Shown: positions 49,258 through 59,006 of the stretch, piece after piece
Position numbering within the stretch: the first letter of the stretch is position 1
Layout of the letters: each line of letters begins with the position of its first letter
Assembly (NCBI GenBank): GCA_965207735.1
Contig: OZ242296.1
Coordinates: 3,360,001-3,424,000, forward strand
Reading direction: 5' to 3'
DNA: 64,000 nt
DNA from: Candidatus Versatilivorator sp.
Lineage (GTDB): Bacteria; Acidobacteriota; Terriglobia; Versatilivoradales; Versatilivoraceae
The notes under the pieces: model-generated
What the model was told of the DNA's origin: nothing
Database searches by the model: none
Seen by the model: only the letters and a program-made list of their open reading frames with translations
Translations under genes and position numbers: made by a program

Positions 49258-50424
49258 ATGGGGGAAGCCTGGACTCGCAGCCAAGACGAGGTGCTGGCCA
49301 CGCTGCAGGACGTGGTGGCCATTGATAGCGTGAATCCCGGATTGCCCGGCGGTCAGCGGGGAGAATCGGGGATGGTGGAATACCTCTCCGAATTTTTCCG
49401 CAAGGCCGGAATGGGCTGCGAAACCCAAGAGGTCCTACCGGGGCGAAGCAACTTTATCGGCACCCTGGAAGGACGAGACCCGGAACGGGTGCTGCTGTTC
49501 GAATGTCATATGGATACCGCCTCGGTGGGAGTGATGACCATTCCCCCCTTCGAGCCCCATATCCGGGACGGCTTCCTCTATGGACGCGGGTCCTGCGACA
49601 CCAAGGCCGGCGGCGTGGCCATGATCCACGCCATGAAACGCCTCAAGGAATCGGGCCGGGTTCCCCCCTGCACCATTCAGTTTGCGGGGGCGGTGGACGA
49701 GGAGTATCTCTTCCGCGGCGCCTTGAGCCTGGCGGCCACGGTGAAATCGGAGGCGGTCGTGGTGGCGGAGCCCACCGATCTGGCGGTGATTCGTGCCCAC
49801 AAGGGATTGGCCCGGTTTCGAATCCGGGTGGAGGGAGTGGCGGCTCACAGCTCCAAGCCCCATCTGGGCATCAACGCCATCGTCAAGATGGCCCGGCTGA
49901 TCAGCGACATCGAGAACGAGATCGCGCCCGGACTGCGGCGGAAAGAACACCCCCTGACCGGCAGCCCCACGCTCAATATCGGGGTGATCCACGGGGGCGC
50001 CCAAGTGAATTTCGTGCCTCACGAGTGCGTGGTGGAAGTGGACCGGCGCACCATTCCCGGGGAATCCCCCCAGGACACGCTGGCGGAATTCGAAAACTTG
50101 CTGGAGCGGGCCCGGGCCGCCGACCCCGAATTGAAGGTGAGCCTGCAGGAACCCTTCCTGCTGGACAACGCCATGGAAACTCTGGAGGATTCTCCCGTCG
50201 TGCAAGTCGCCTGCGAAGCCAGCCGGGCGGCCCTGGGGAATTCCACCGTCTCCGGTGTCCCCTACGGCACCGACGCCAGCAAGTTCACCTCGGTGGGAAC
50301 CCCGGCAATCGTGCTCGGGCCCGGCAGCATCGACCAGGCTCACGGGGCCGTGGAGTGGGTTGAGTGCAAGCAAGTCCTGCAGGCCACCGAGATCTATCGG
50401 TCCATGATGATGAACTTCACCTAG
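49258..50424 (+). CDS. M20 family metallopeptidase/deacylase (ArgE/DapE-like)
   Basis: HMDT, YGRGSCDTKAG, VDEE, AEPT, AHSS, GPGSIDQAH. Confidence 0.9.
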   Translation: MGEAWTRSQDEVLATLQDVVAIDSVNPGLPGGQRGESGMVEYLSEFFRKAGMGCETQEVLPGRSNFIGTLEGRDPERVLLFECHMDTASVGVMTIPPFEPHIRDGFLYGRGSCDTKAGGVAMIHAMKRLKESGRVPPCTIQFAGAVDEEYLFRGALSLAATVKSEAVVVAEPTDLAVIRAHKGLARFRIRVEGVAAHSSKPHLGINAIVKMARLISDIENEIAPGLRRKEHPLTGSPTLNIGVIHGGAQVNFVPHECVVEVDRRTIPGESPQDTLAEFENLLERARAADPELKVSLQEPFLLDNAMETLEDSPVVQVACEASRAALGNSTVSGVPYGTDASKFTSVGTPAIVLGPGSIDQAHGAVEWVECKQVLQATEIYRSMMMNFT

Positions 50425-50499
50425 AATTTCCGATTCGGCGGCAGGTTTAGCCCCGGGGAGGCCGTCGGCCTCCGGCTGTACCCGCGGTCGCCTCTTCCC

Positions 50500-52191
50500 A
50501 TGACCCTGTTGGACTGGCTCATCGTGGTCGCCGCCAACGGCGCCATCGTCGGCTACGGGCTGCTGCTCTCGCGCCGCACCCGGCGCTCCTCCGACTGGCT
50601 CCTGGCCGCCAAGAGCCTCCCTTGGTGGATGGTGGGCCTGTCGATGTTCGCCACCGCCGTGGACAGCGGGGATTACGTGGCCGTGGTCGGCGGGGCCTAC
50701 ACCTTCGGGCTCTCCAACCTGGCCACCTGGTGGCTGGGGCTGCCCATCGGTTGGCTGGTGGCGGCCTACTTCGTATTCCTGCCGCTCTACCGCGGGGGCA
50801 TGTTCACCAATGCCGAGTACCTGGAATACCGCTTCGGTCCGGCGGCCCGGTTCTTGAGCGCCTTCATTCAGATTCAGAACCGCACAAACGTTCTGGGCAA
50901 TATCGCCTTCTCGCTCTACCTCACCTTTTCGATCCTGACCCATTGGGGGAGTTCAGCCTGGTGGCTGGTAGCAGCCATCGCCATGGCGTCTGCCCTCTAC
51001 ACGGCCACCGGCGGACTCCGATCGGTGGCCGCCACCGACGCTCTCCAGTCCATCGTGATGCTGATGGCATCGGTCCTGCTGTGGTGGGTGCTGTGGAGCG
51101 CGGTCGGGGGGTGGACGGGCCTGGAAAGCCGTTTCCAGCAGATCGATCCCCAACTGGTCGACACCATGATGCACATCGGCCGAGACGAGCCGGGGGTGCC
51201 GGCGCCCTTGATCATCTTCGGCTGGGTCATCGTCCTGACGGCCTATTGCCTGGTGAACCACTCCCAGTCCATGCGTCTGCTGGCGGCCCGCTCGGAGTGG
51301 GACCTCAAAACCGCCGCCCTGACCGCCAGCGTGGTGACCGTGGGAGTGATGTGGTTCAACATCACCCTGGGGATTCTCGGGAGAGCGGTCATGCCGGAGC
51401 TTGCGGCGCCCGATCGGATCTACCCGCTCCTGGTGCAGGAGTACCTGACCCCCGGCCTGGTGGGCCTGGTGGTGGCGGGTGTGCTGGCGGGAGGGATTTC
51501 CACCTACGACTCCATCGGGTCCTCGCTGGCGGCCGTCTTCACCCGGGACGTCTACGCCCGGTTTCTGGTGAAGGGGCGAAAGGACGTCCACTACCTCAGG
51601 GTTTCCCGCTGGGCCACGCCCGTGATCATCGCCGCCTCCTTTCTATACATTCCCTTTCTCCAGGAAGGCATGGTTCGCTTCTATCTGCGCATCACCAGCG
51701 TGACCGTGATGCCTCTGTTCACCATGTATCTCATGGGAACCCTGACTCCGGTCCATCGCCGCGCCGGTTTGGCGGGGCTGTTAGCCGGCATCGGCTACGG
51801 CCTCAGCTCCCTGCTGGGAGAGGCGCTGGACTGGCCTCTGCCGCTGTGGTGGACCAATACCTGGTGGGCCTATCTCTGGAGTCCGCTGGTCAGCGCCGGG
51901 ACCATGCTGGGGCTGAGTTGGCGATGGGGGTGGATGTCGGACCGGGAGCTGCAGGGGCTTACCTTCCGCTTTGGCGAAGGAGACCCGTCCGACCACAAGT
52001 CCCGGACCCCGGAGCCTCTGGCGGCAACCCGGGGGACCTGGCTGGAGGAGTCCCGCCAGGAGTTGTCCTCCGCGCCCAAGTATCCCTTCGACGTCCCACC
52101 GGGGGGATTGCCCTGGTATGGTCAACCCTCGACCTGGAACGGGCTGTTTCTGGCGCTGGTCGCCTATCTGGCCCTGGTGGTTCTGTGGTGA
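50500..52191 (+). CDS. Sodium:solute symporter
   Basis: LPWWMVGLSMFAT, AEYLEYRF, YTATGGLRSVAATD, GLVGLVVAGVLA. Confidence 0.88.
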   Translation: MTLLDWLIVVAANGAIVGYGLLLSRRTRRSSDWLLAAKSLPWWMVGLSMFATAVDSGDYVAVVGGAYTFGLSNLATWWLGLPIGWLVAAYFVFLPLYRGGMFTNAEYLEYRFGPAARFLSAFIQIQNRTNVLGNIAFSLYLTFSILTHWGSSAWWLVAAIAMASALYTATGGLRSVAATDALQSIVMLMASVLLWWVLWSAVGGWTGLESRFQQIDPQLVDTMMHIGRDEPGVPAPLIIFGWVIVLTAYCLVNHSQSMRLLAARSEWDLKTAALTASVVTVGVMWFNITLGILGRAVMPELAAPDRIYPLLVQEYLTPGLVGLVVAGVLAGGISTYDSIGSSLAAVFTRDVYARFLVKGRKDVHYLRVSRWATPVIIAASFLYIPFLQEGMVRFYLRITSVTVMPLFTMYLMGTLTPVHRRAGLAGLLAGIGYGLSSLLGEALDWPLPLWWTNTWWAYLWSPLVSAGTMLGLSWRWGWMSDRELQGLTFRFGEGDPSDHKSRTPEPLAATRGTWLEESRQELSSAPKYPFDVPPGGLPWYGQPSTWNGLFLALVAYLALVVLW

Positions 52192-52295
52192 TGCTCCCCG
52201 GCCTGGGAAACTCCGGCAGCATCCTTGGCAAAAACGGGCCCGGAACCGGAAGATTGCCGGGCCCAAGGAGAGGAAGTCAGACAGAGGTGCGGCCC

Positions 52296-52631
52296 TCATT
52301 GGCCGGTTTTGGCCTTGCAGACCACGTGAGACTTGAGCCGCTCGAGAGTCTTGTCACCGATGCCCTTCACCCGCTTCAGCTCCTGAATCGACTTGAAAGG
52401 CCGGGCCTCGATGATCCGCTTGGCCATTTGCGGTCCGATTCCAGGCAGCGAAACCAGTTGCTTTGCGGTGGCCGTGTTGATGTCGACGGCCTTGGACGGT
52501 AGTTTCCCGGCCCCGTTCTTCTGCGGGGTGTTGGCTTGGCTATTGACCGGCTCCGCCTGAGCCGGGCCGGCGATGGATGCCAGCGCAAGCAGCAAGGTCA
52601 AACAGACGATCGACAAAATGTGCTTTCTCAT
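52296..52631 (-). CDS. comEA: ComEA-family helix-hairpin-helix DNA-binding protein
   Basis: Signal peptide; VDINTAT..LPGIGP..A.RII..VKGIGDKTLE. Confidence 0.85.
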   Translation of the reverse strand: MRKHILSIVCLTLLLALASIAGPAQAEPVNSQANTPQKNGAGKLPSKAVDINTATAKQLVSLPGIGPQMAKRIIEARPFKSIQELKRVKGIGDKTLERLKSHVVCKAKTGQ

Positions 52632-52854
52632 GCAAATCCCCCTTTTGCTTCGGTTGGCAGGGAAGCATCGACCCGCGGACGCACTCGGGCGCAAACCGGG
52701 CGACCGGTCCTGCTGTGCAGGCCGCGACGACGAACCTCACTGCCAGGTATTTGGAAGGTGTTTGGTTTTCGAGGGAGAGGCGCTAGGCTATACCCGGCCT
52801 TTCGGGATGTCAACAGAAAAGGCCGACACAGAGAAGGCCGTTTGGAGTTGACCT

Positions 52855-54363
52855 ATGGCCCCTATCGACTGGATTGTGGTTGCAGCCTACCTGGTGGTTG
52901 TCGCCTGGCTGGGAACCCGCCTGGCCCGACGGCAGACCGACACCGAAGCCTACTTCATCGGCGGGCGGGCCATCCCCTGGTGGGCCGTGGGCTGCTCCTT
53001 CTTTGGAACTTCCATCAGCACCGCGACCTTCATTGCTCTGCCCGGACAGGCTTACGGCGGCGACTGGCGGCCCCATCTCGCCAACTTGATGCTGCCGCTG
53101 GCCGCCATCTTCATCGCCCTGGTGGTGATCCCCTTCTACCGGCAGCACGTCCGGATGAGCGCCTACGAGTTCCTGGAGGAGCGCTTCGGCTACGGCGCCC
53201 GCTGCTACACCTCCTGCTTCTATCTGATCAGCCGTCTGTTCCGCTCCGGACTGGTCCTTTTCTTGATGGCCAAGGCTATCAGCGCCATGACCGGATGGAG
53301 CCCCTTCACCATTGTCCTGGTCAGCGGCGTCATCGCCCTGGTCTACACCATACTGGGAGGCCTGGAGGCTGTGATCTGGACCGACGTGATCCAGTCGGTG
53401 ACCCTGTTCGGCGGGGGACTCTTCTGCGTAGCGCTCCTATGGTTCGGGGAGGACGGAAGCACCCAGCTTCTGAGCGTCGCCCAGGAATCGGACAAGTTCA
53501 GGATGGTGGACTGGTCGCTGGATCTGAGCGAAATGACCGTCCTGGTTACCCTCGCCTACGGCGCCTTCGGCTTCCTCAGCAACTACACCGTCCAGCAGGA
53601 TGCCGCCCAGCGATATCTGGCCTCGCCTTCGACTCGCGAAGCCCAGAAAGCCATCTGGTTCGGAGCCATTGGCTGCGTGGTGACCTGGAACCTCTTCATG
53701 CTGATCGGCAGCCTGCTCTTTTCCTACTACAGCCTGCACCCTGCCGAGCTGCCGGCTCACATTGCAGCCAGCGAAACCGAGGTGTTCCCCTACTTCGTGG
53801 TGACCCGGATTCCGGCAGGGATGACCGGGGTGATCCTGGCCGGCATGTGCGCCGCCGCCATGTCCAGCCTGGACACCATGATCAACAGCATGGCCATGGT
53901 CACGGTCCGGGACTTCTACCTCCACTTCCGGCCCAAGGCCAGCGACCGTTCCCAGTTGATGCTGGGCCGGGCCGCCTCGGCGTTTTGGGGAGTGCTCGGT
54001 CTAGGGGTGGGACTGGTGCTGCTGCTGGGTGTGGAACAAGCGCTCCAGTTCAGCTTTACCGTCTTCTCGATTCTGGGCGGAGGGTTGTTCGGAATGTTCC
54101 TGCTGGCCTTCTTCGTGAAACGGGCCCATGCCCTGGGCGTCTACCTGGGCCTGGCCTGCGGGGTGTTGATCTCTGCCTGGACCCTGATCGACCAAGCCCT
54201 GGCGGCGGCGGGCGCTGAGCTGGGATTGGCCTGGGCCGCCCAACTCGCCGAGACGCTACGCTATCCCTTCCATCCCTGGCTGACCCTCTTCCTGGCCAAC
54301 TTGGTCTCCTTTACCGTCGGCTGGGCCGCCAGCCTCATCCTCCCGGACGTTCGGAAGCGGTAA
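52855..54363 (+). CDS. Sodium:solute symporter
   Basis: YFIGGR, SAYEFLEERF, YTILGGLEAVIWTD, QRYL, AAAMSSLD. Confidence 0.9.
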   Translation: MAPIDWIVVAAYLVVVAWLGTRLARRQTDTEAYFIGGRAIPWWAVGCSFFGTSISTATFIALPGQAYGGDWRPHLANLMLPLAAIFIALVVIPFYRQHVRMSAYEFLEERFGYGARCYTSCFYLISRLFRSGLVLFLMAKAISAMTGWSPFTIVLVSGVIALVYTILGGLEAVIWTDVIQSVTLFGGGLFCVALLWFGEDGSTQLLSVAQESDKFRMVDWSLDLSEMTVLVTLAYGAFGFLSNYTVQQDAAQRYLASPSTREAQKAIWFGAIGCVVTWNLFMLIGSLLFSYYSLHPAELPAHIAASETEVFPYFVVTRIPAGMTGVILAGMCAAAMSSLDTMINSMAMVTVRDFYLHFRPKASDRSQLMLGRAASAFWGVLGLGVGLVLLLGVEQALQFSFTVFSILGGGLFGMFLLAFFVKRAHALGVYLGLACGVLISAWTLIDQALAAAGAELGLAWAAQLAETLRYPFHPWLTLFLANLVSFTVGWAASLILPDVRKR

Positions 54364-54601
54364 AATTTCGAGTGAGCGCAGTGAAGTCCTACATGTAACG
54401 GAGAAGATCCGGTCAGGCCTTCCGACATCCTATCGCCCCGCAATCAACGTCCGTTCCAACAACCGTCGATATTCTTCCAACCCCATCATGCCTATCCGTA
54501 CTCTTTCCAAAAAAATAGTGAAGGAGGAAGCCAACGCCGCATGTACACTGGATGAACCGCAAGGGAACGACATCTGACTCACAACGCCCAACGGAGGAGA
54601 A

Positions 54602-54889
54602 ATGGCCGCTTACGTAATCATCGATGCCAGAGTGACAAATGAAGCCGCGTTCCGAACCCACCTCGAAAAGGTGCCGGCAATCGTCAAGGCTCACGGCGGC
54701 AGGTACTTGGTGCGCGGCGGGGCTCATGAAGTCATCCGGGGCAACTGGACACCGGACCGCCTCGTCGTGCTCGAATTCGACAGCTTCCAACAGGCAAAGG
54801 AGTGGCAGACAGCGCCGGACTACGCCGACCTCAGAGAGGATCTCAACAGGTTCGCCGAGACCAATGTCGTCGTCGTAGAGGGAGTGTAG
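54602..54889 (+). CDS. DUF1330 domain protein
   Basis: MAAYVI..HGGRYLVRGG..RLVVLEFDS..VVVEGV; RBS GGAGGAG. Confidence 0.9.
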   Translation: MAAYVIIDARVTNEAAFRTHLEKVPAIVKAHGGRYLVRGGAHEVIRGNWTPDRLVVLEFDSFQQAKEWQTAPDYADLREDLNRFAETNVVVVEGV

Positions 54890-55010
54890 AAGCTGTCGAG
54901 GATCGTTGTTGCAACCGAAGTGCCTGGTGGCGGGATCGGTTCTCCTGCTGGCGAGCTTTGCGCAGCAGGCACCGGCCAGAAATTCGTTTGGCAGCAACCT
55001 GCGGCTGCGG

Positions 55011-56369
55011 TCAAACCCGCTTGAATCGCCAGCCGTACAGGGTGCGGCCGTAGAAATTGAACCACTTCCTGGCTTCGGGATCTTCGAAGGGATACCCGGC
55101 GCCCAGCTGCCTGGCCGCTGCGAGACCGGTTACGAAACAGGTCTCCTGGCTGTTGACCAGGGTGTGTGCCCCGCAGTGCCAGGATCTGCGCTTCCCTTGA
55201 ATGAACCGGAACAGGAACACCAGCAAGGCAATATGCCGGACATCGTGAACGATGTGCTGGAACCAGCGCTTCCGGATGATTTTCGACTCATCCACCGGCT
55301 TGACGGGATTGTAGGTCACCAGGCAGGGCTTGTCCGAGTTGCGAGCCCAGGGCTGCTGATTGTGCATGATGTAGGTGATCTCGTAGTTGTCCGGCCTGTC
55401 CCCGTATTGCTCGATGTGATTGCTGCGTGTTGCCAGCGGTCGGGCCTCGTTCTCCGGCAGAACCGACGCATCGGAGTGAACGATCGTATGGTTATGCAGC
55501 TCGCTCTCATAGCGTATGGTTGAGAGGAGACAGGTTTCGAAGCGGGTCGGCTTGTCCAGGATCATCAAGGTCTGATTGGCATTGCAGGCAAAAACCACCT
55601 CGTCGAAGGGCGTGGTTCGGCCTTGCGCATCCTCCACCAATACCCCCGTCTTTCGTCGATACACTTTTCGTACCGGACAGTTCAGCAAAATCTTTTCCTT
55701 GAAATCAGCTGACATAGCCTCATAGATGCGCCGGGTGCCCTGGTCCCAGGTCGTCATGGGGGTTGTGCGCTCGATATCGAAAAACTCCAGGTAATAGGAA
55801 AACAGCGCGGCCGGCATATCGAACACATTGGTCGCCATCAGGAAATTCACGAACATCGGCTTCAGGACTTTGTACCTGAAGTCCCCGGAAAACTTTCCCC
55901 AGTTGAGAACGGCCCCCATGCTCACGTAGTTGAATGGATTGAGCATGGCCAGCAGCGCCGACCTGGAGCGATTGAGGCCATTGAAAGTCTTCAGGAATTT
56001 GAGCACCTTTTGAAACCTGACGATCTCCGGCCGCAGCTTCCGGCGAATCGTCGAATCCAGATCGTGGGCGTAGATTTCATCGTGGTACTTCACGCTGTAG
56101 CTGAACCTGGTGTCGATGAGCTCAATGCCGTGCTGCTTCATGAACTGAACGATGTGGTGGTACACCGTCGGGATGCAGGCAGTCACCGAGATGTCGAACG
56201 GGATGGAAGTGCCGTCGGCCTGAGGCATATCGACCGTTACGGCATTGCCGCCGATGCGGTCGTTGGCTTCGTAGAGCCGGAAGTCGAATCGGTCCGGATG
56301 CCTGTTCAGAGCCCAGGCGACCCCCAGGCCTGAGATCCCGGCACCGATAATGGCTATTCTCTGGGGCAT
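55011..56369 (-). CDS. FAD-dependent oxidoreductase (amine oxidase / COG2907-like)
   Basis: IAIIGAGISGL..YEANDRIGGNA Rossmann start; HSDASVLP, TYNP, IQG..WHCGA. Confidence 0.85.
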   Translation of the reverse strand: MPQRIAIIGAGISGLGVAWALNRHPDRFDFRLYEANDRIGGNAVTVDMPQADGTSIPFDISVTACIPTVYHHIVQFMKQHGIELIDTRFSYSVKYHDEIYAHDLDSTIRRKLRPEIVRFQKVLKFLKTFNGLNRSRSALLAMLNPFNYVSMGAVLNWGKFSGDFRYKVLKPMFVNFLMATNVFDMPAALFSYYLEFFDIERTTPMTTWDQGTRRIYEAMSADFKEKILLNCPVRKVYRRKTGVLVEDAQGRTTPFDEVVFACNANQTLMILDKPTRFETCLLSTIRYESELHNHTIVHSDASVLPENEARPLATRSNHIEQYGDRPDNYEITYIMHNQQPWARNSDKPCLVTYNPVKPVDESKIIRKRWFQHIVHDVRHIALLVFLFRFIQGKRRSWHCGAHTLVNSQETCFVTGLAAARQLGAGYPFEDPEARKWFNFYGRTLYGWRFKRV

Positions 56370-56387
56370 GGGAGCAAGATCAGACCC

Positions 56388-57701
56388 TCAAGGCTTCACC
56401 AGGGAGCCGTCCATTCCCCGGACCGTGGTCCAATCGGCGTTGCGGTGGTCGTCCACCAGGGGGTAGCGACCGGCCATGGCCTCGTTGATATCGATGCCCA
56501 GCCCCGGACCGTCGCTGCCGTAGAGGTAGCCGCCGCGAATGCGGGCCGTTCCCGGCATCAGCTCGTGAACGTCTTCCGGGAAGAGGTTGTCCTCCTGGAT
56601 GCCGAAGCTGGGAATGGTCAGGTCCACGTGGTAGGCCGCCAACTGGTTCACCGGATCGTTTTCGCCGCCTTCCTGCCAAGCCGTCCGGACCCCGAACTGC
56701 TCGCAGAGGGCTGCAATCTTCTTGGCCTGGGTGATCCCTCCGATGGCGCAGACGCGACAACGGATGAAGTCGATCAGGCGCTCGGAAATCAGCGGACGCC
56801 ATTCATGGGGGTGAGTGAACAACTCTCCCATGGCCATGGGGGTGGAGGTGAGGGCGCGGATCTGCCGGAAGTAATCGATCTGCTCGGGCGGGAGGATGTC
56901 TTCCACAAAGAACATGCGAATGGGCTGCATGCGCCTGGCGAACTCCAGGGCCAGCGTCGGCGTCAGGTGCTCGTGGACGTCGTGGAGGAGCTTGACCTGC
57001 CACCCCAGCGTGTCCCGTACCTGCTCAAACATCTTGGGAACCGTCTCCAGGTAGCGTTCCTCGTCGAAGGCCGCACCCCGCAAGCCGCTCTCGGGTCGAC
57101 TCCCCTCTCCCGGCGGCAGGAAGCCGCCTCCGCCGTAGCCGCCTCCGCCCATCTGAACACGAATGTGCCGAAAACCCTGCTCCATGTAAGCCTGCACGTT
57201 TTCCACGCAGGCTTCGGGGGTCTCGCCGCTGGCGTGGGCGTAGAGGGGGACCGCGTCCCTGACCTTTCCACCCAGAAGCTGATAGAGAGGCATGTTGGCC
57301 CGCTTGCCCTTGATGTCCCACAGGGCCATATCCAGAGCCGCCTGGGCAACGTTGGTGATAGTTCCGTTGCGCCAATAGGAACGCACATGGGTCCACTGCC
57401 ACAGGTCTTCGATTCGCTCGGGATCCTTGCCCACCCAGAAGGGTCCCAGGTGTTTTTCGATGGCGGCCTTGACGGCCCAAGACAGGTAGGCGTTGTTGGC
57501 AGACCCCAGCCCGTAGAGTCCAGGCTCGCTGGTGATGACCTTGACGAAGACCCAGGAATAGTGGGGTCGCGGGCTGGTGGCGATGACCTTGACGTCCCGG
57601 ATCTTCAGTGGAGGCAATCCGCGGGTGGCCTGGGCGTAGGGTTCGGCGGCCCACCAGGGGTTCACCAGGGCCGTCTTGAGAATCTCCCTGCGGTTGAGCA
57701 T
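56388..57701 (-). CDS. Mannonate dehydratase / RspA-like enolase superfamily protein
   Basis: YWRNG, DMALWDIKGK, LLHDVHE, FFVED, MGEL, FGIQE; N-terminal NRREIL. Confidence 0.85.
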   Translation of the reverse strand: MLNRREILKTALVNPWWAAEPYAQATRGLPPLKIRDVKVIATSPRPHYSWVFVKVITSEPGLYGLGSANNAYLSWAVKAAIEKHLGPFWVGKDPERIEDLWQWTHVRSYWRNGTITNVAQAALDMALWDIKGKRANMPLYQLLGGKVRDAVPLYAHASGETPEACVENVQAYMEQGFRHIRVQMGGGGYGGGGFLPPGEGSRPESGLRGAAFDEERYLETVPKMFEQVRDTLGWQVKLLHDVHEHLTPTLALEFARRMQPIRMFFVEDILPPEQIDYFRQIRALTSTPMAMGELFTHPHEWRPLISERLIDFIRCRVCAIGGITQAKKIAALCEQFGVRTAWQEGGENDPVNQLAAYHVDLTIPSFGIQEDNLFPEDVHELMPGTARIRGGYLYGSDGPGLGIDINEAMAGRYPLVDDHRNADWTTVRGMDGSLVKP

Positions 57702-57742
57702 GACGCTTGCCTCCTAAAGGAGCGTCCGGGGGCCGGTAGTGA

Positions 57743-58291
57743 CTACGGCTCCGCCAGCACCTCTTCCATGACGGCCCGGACCCGTTGCAGCCAGACCTCC
57801 CCGTGTCCGTTCAGGCTCTGCACCGACCGCCGCCCCCTGGGATCGACGAGCCAGTTTTGGGGGACCTCGCTGACGGGATGAATCTTCTCCGCCAGCTCGA
57901 AGGAGCGGATCACCGGGAAGGCGTAACCGCCGGCTTGCATGTATCCCGGCACCAGACTTGGGTCCTCATCCAGGTTGAGAGTCAGCACCTGCAGCCCGGG
58001 GACGTTTTCGAGGGCTTTGTGGAGCCTCTGCACATACGGCAGCTCCACCCGGCAGGGGGCGCACCAGGTAGCCCAGACGTTGATCAGAGTCACCTTCCCC
58101 TTCAGGTCCGAAAGCGTCCAAGTCCGTCCCTCGAGGTCCTTCAGCTTGAACTCGGGCAGCGGCCGTTCGAACCTCAGCCTTTTCGAGCGGCTGGGCCTTC
58201 GGCTCTCCGCGGCTTCGGAGGGAGGATCTGCAGGGAGCAGCAGCAACCCCAAAGCCGCCGCCGTCAGAAAGCGGAAGGTGGAGTGAATCAT
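57743..58291 (-). CDS. TlpA-family thiol:disulfide oxidoreductase
   Basis: LKGKVTLINVWATWCAPCRVELP; N-terminal signal. Confidence 0.88.
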   Translation of the reverse strand: MIHSTFRFLTAAALGLLLLPADPPSEAAESRRPSRSKRLRFERPLPEFKLKDLEGRTWTLSDLKGKVTLINVWATWCAPCRVELPYVQRLHKALENVPGLQVLTLNLDEDPSLVPGYMQAGGYAFPVIRSFELAEKIHPVSEVPQNWLVDPRGRRSVQSLNGHGEVWLQRVRAVMEEVLAEP

Positions 58292-58553
58292 CGGTTCTCG
58301 CGATCGGCCAGCAAAAGAGCCTCTAGCATAAGGCTTTATGTACGACTGTGCCAGCCGGAAATCGTCAGGAGACGGGCGAGCGGAGAGACCTCGTTCAACC
58401 CTTCTGCCTGCTTTGCACAAAGGCCGGGCGAGACCGGAAGCAGCCCAAAAAGGTCGGAGTCCCTCTCAGAGACTATGCCACGGACAAACCGGGTGATACT
58501 CTCCCCTGAGGAACAATCCTGTGCAACAGGGGATCGAGTGAGAGGCGGTTGAG

Positions 58554-58994
58554 ATGGGATCGAAGCTGCGAGACCTGCGGATTTCACCGAGGCGTCTGCT
58601 GCCTGCCGGGTTGCTGAGTGCGACGTTCTCCCGCTCGGGAGGACCGGGGGGCCAGAACGTCAACAAGGTGGAGACCAGGGTGGACCTTCGGATGGACCTG
58701 GAAGGCGCCGCCGATGTCATTGGCCGACCCTCGGTGGAACGCATCCGAACCAAGCTGGCGACCCGCCTGGACAGGCACGGCAATCTGCGGGTCGTCAGCA
58801 GCAAGCACCGCCTCCAGGGTCAAAACCTGGAAGCGGCTCTGGACAGGATGGAGACCCTGATCCGGGAGGCCCTGGCGCGTCCCCGGAAGCGCCTCCCCAC
58901 CGAGCCCACCGGAACCAGCCGCGAACGGCGGCTCGCCGCCAAGAAGCGAAAAGGGCGCTTGAAGCAGAACCGCACCGCACCGCCAGAGGACTAG
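58554..58994 (+). CDS. arfB: Alternative ribosome rescue peptidyl-tRNA hydrolase ArfB (YaeJ)
   Basis: RSGGPGGQNVNKV GGQ motif; basic tail RERRLAAKKRKGRLKQNR. Confidence 0.92.
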   Translation: MGSKLRDLRISPRRLLPAGLLSATFSRSGGPGGQNVNKVETRVDLRMDLEGAADVIGRPSVERIRTKLATRLDRHGNLRVVSSKHRLQGQNLEAALDRMETLIREALARPRKRLPTEPTGTSRERRLAAKKRKGRLKQNRTAPPED

Positions 58995-59006
58995 CAAACT
59001 CCCCGC

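Noticed and set aside
58375-58475. Glycine riboswitch-like words (GGAGAGACC...ACCGGAAGCAGC...CTCTCAG)
   Set aside because: Core motifs deviate from CCGAAG and CTCTCAGG, pairing is unconvincing and the downstream gene arfB is not glycine-related; an Infernal search would settle it.
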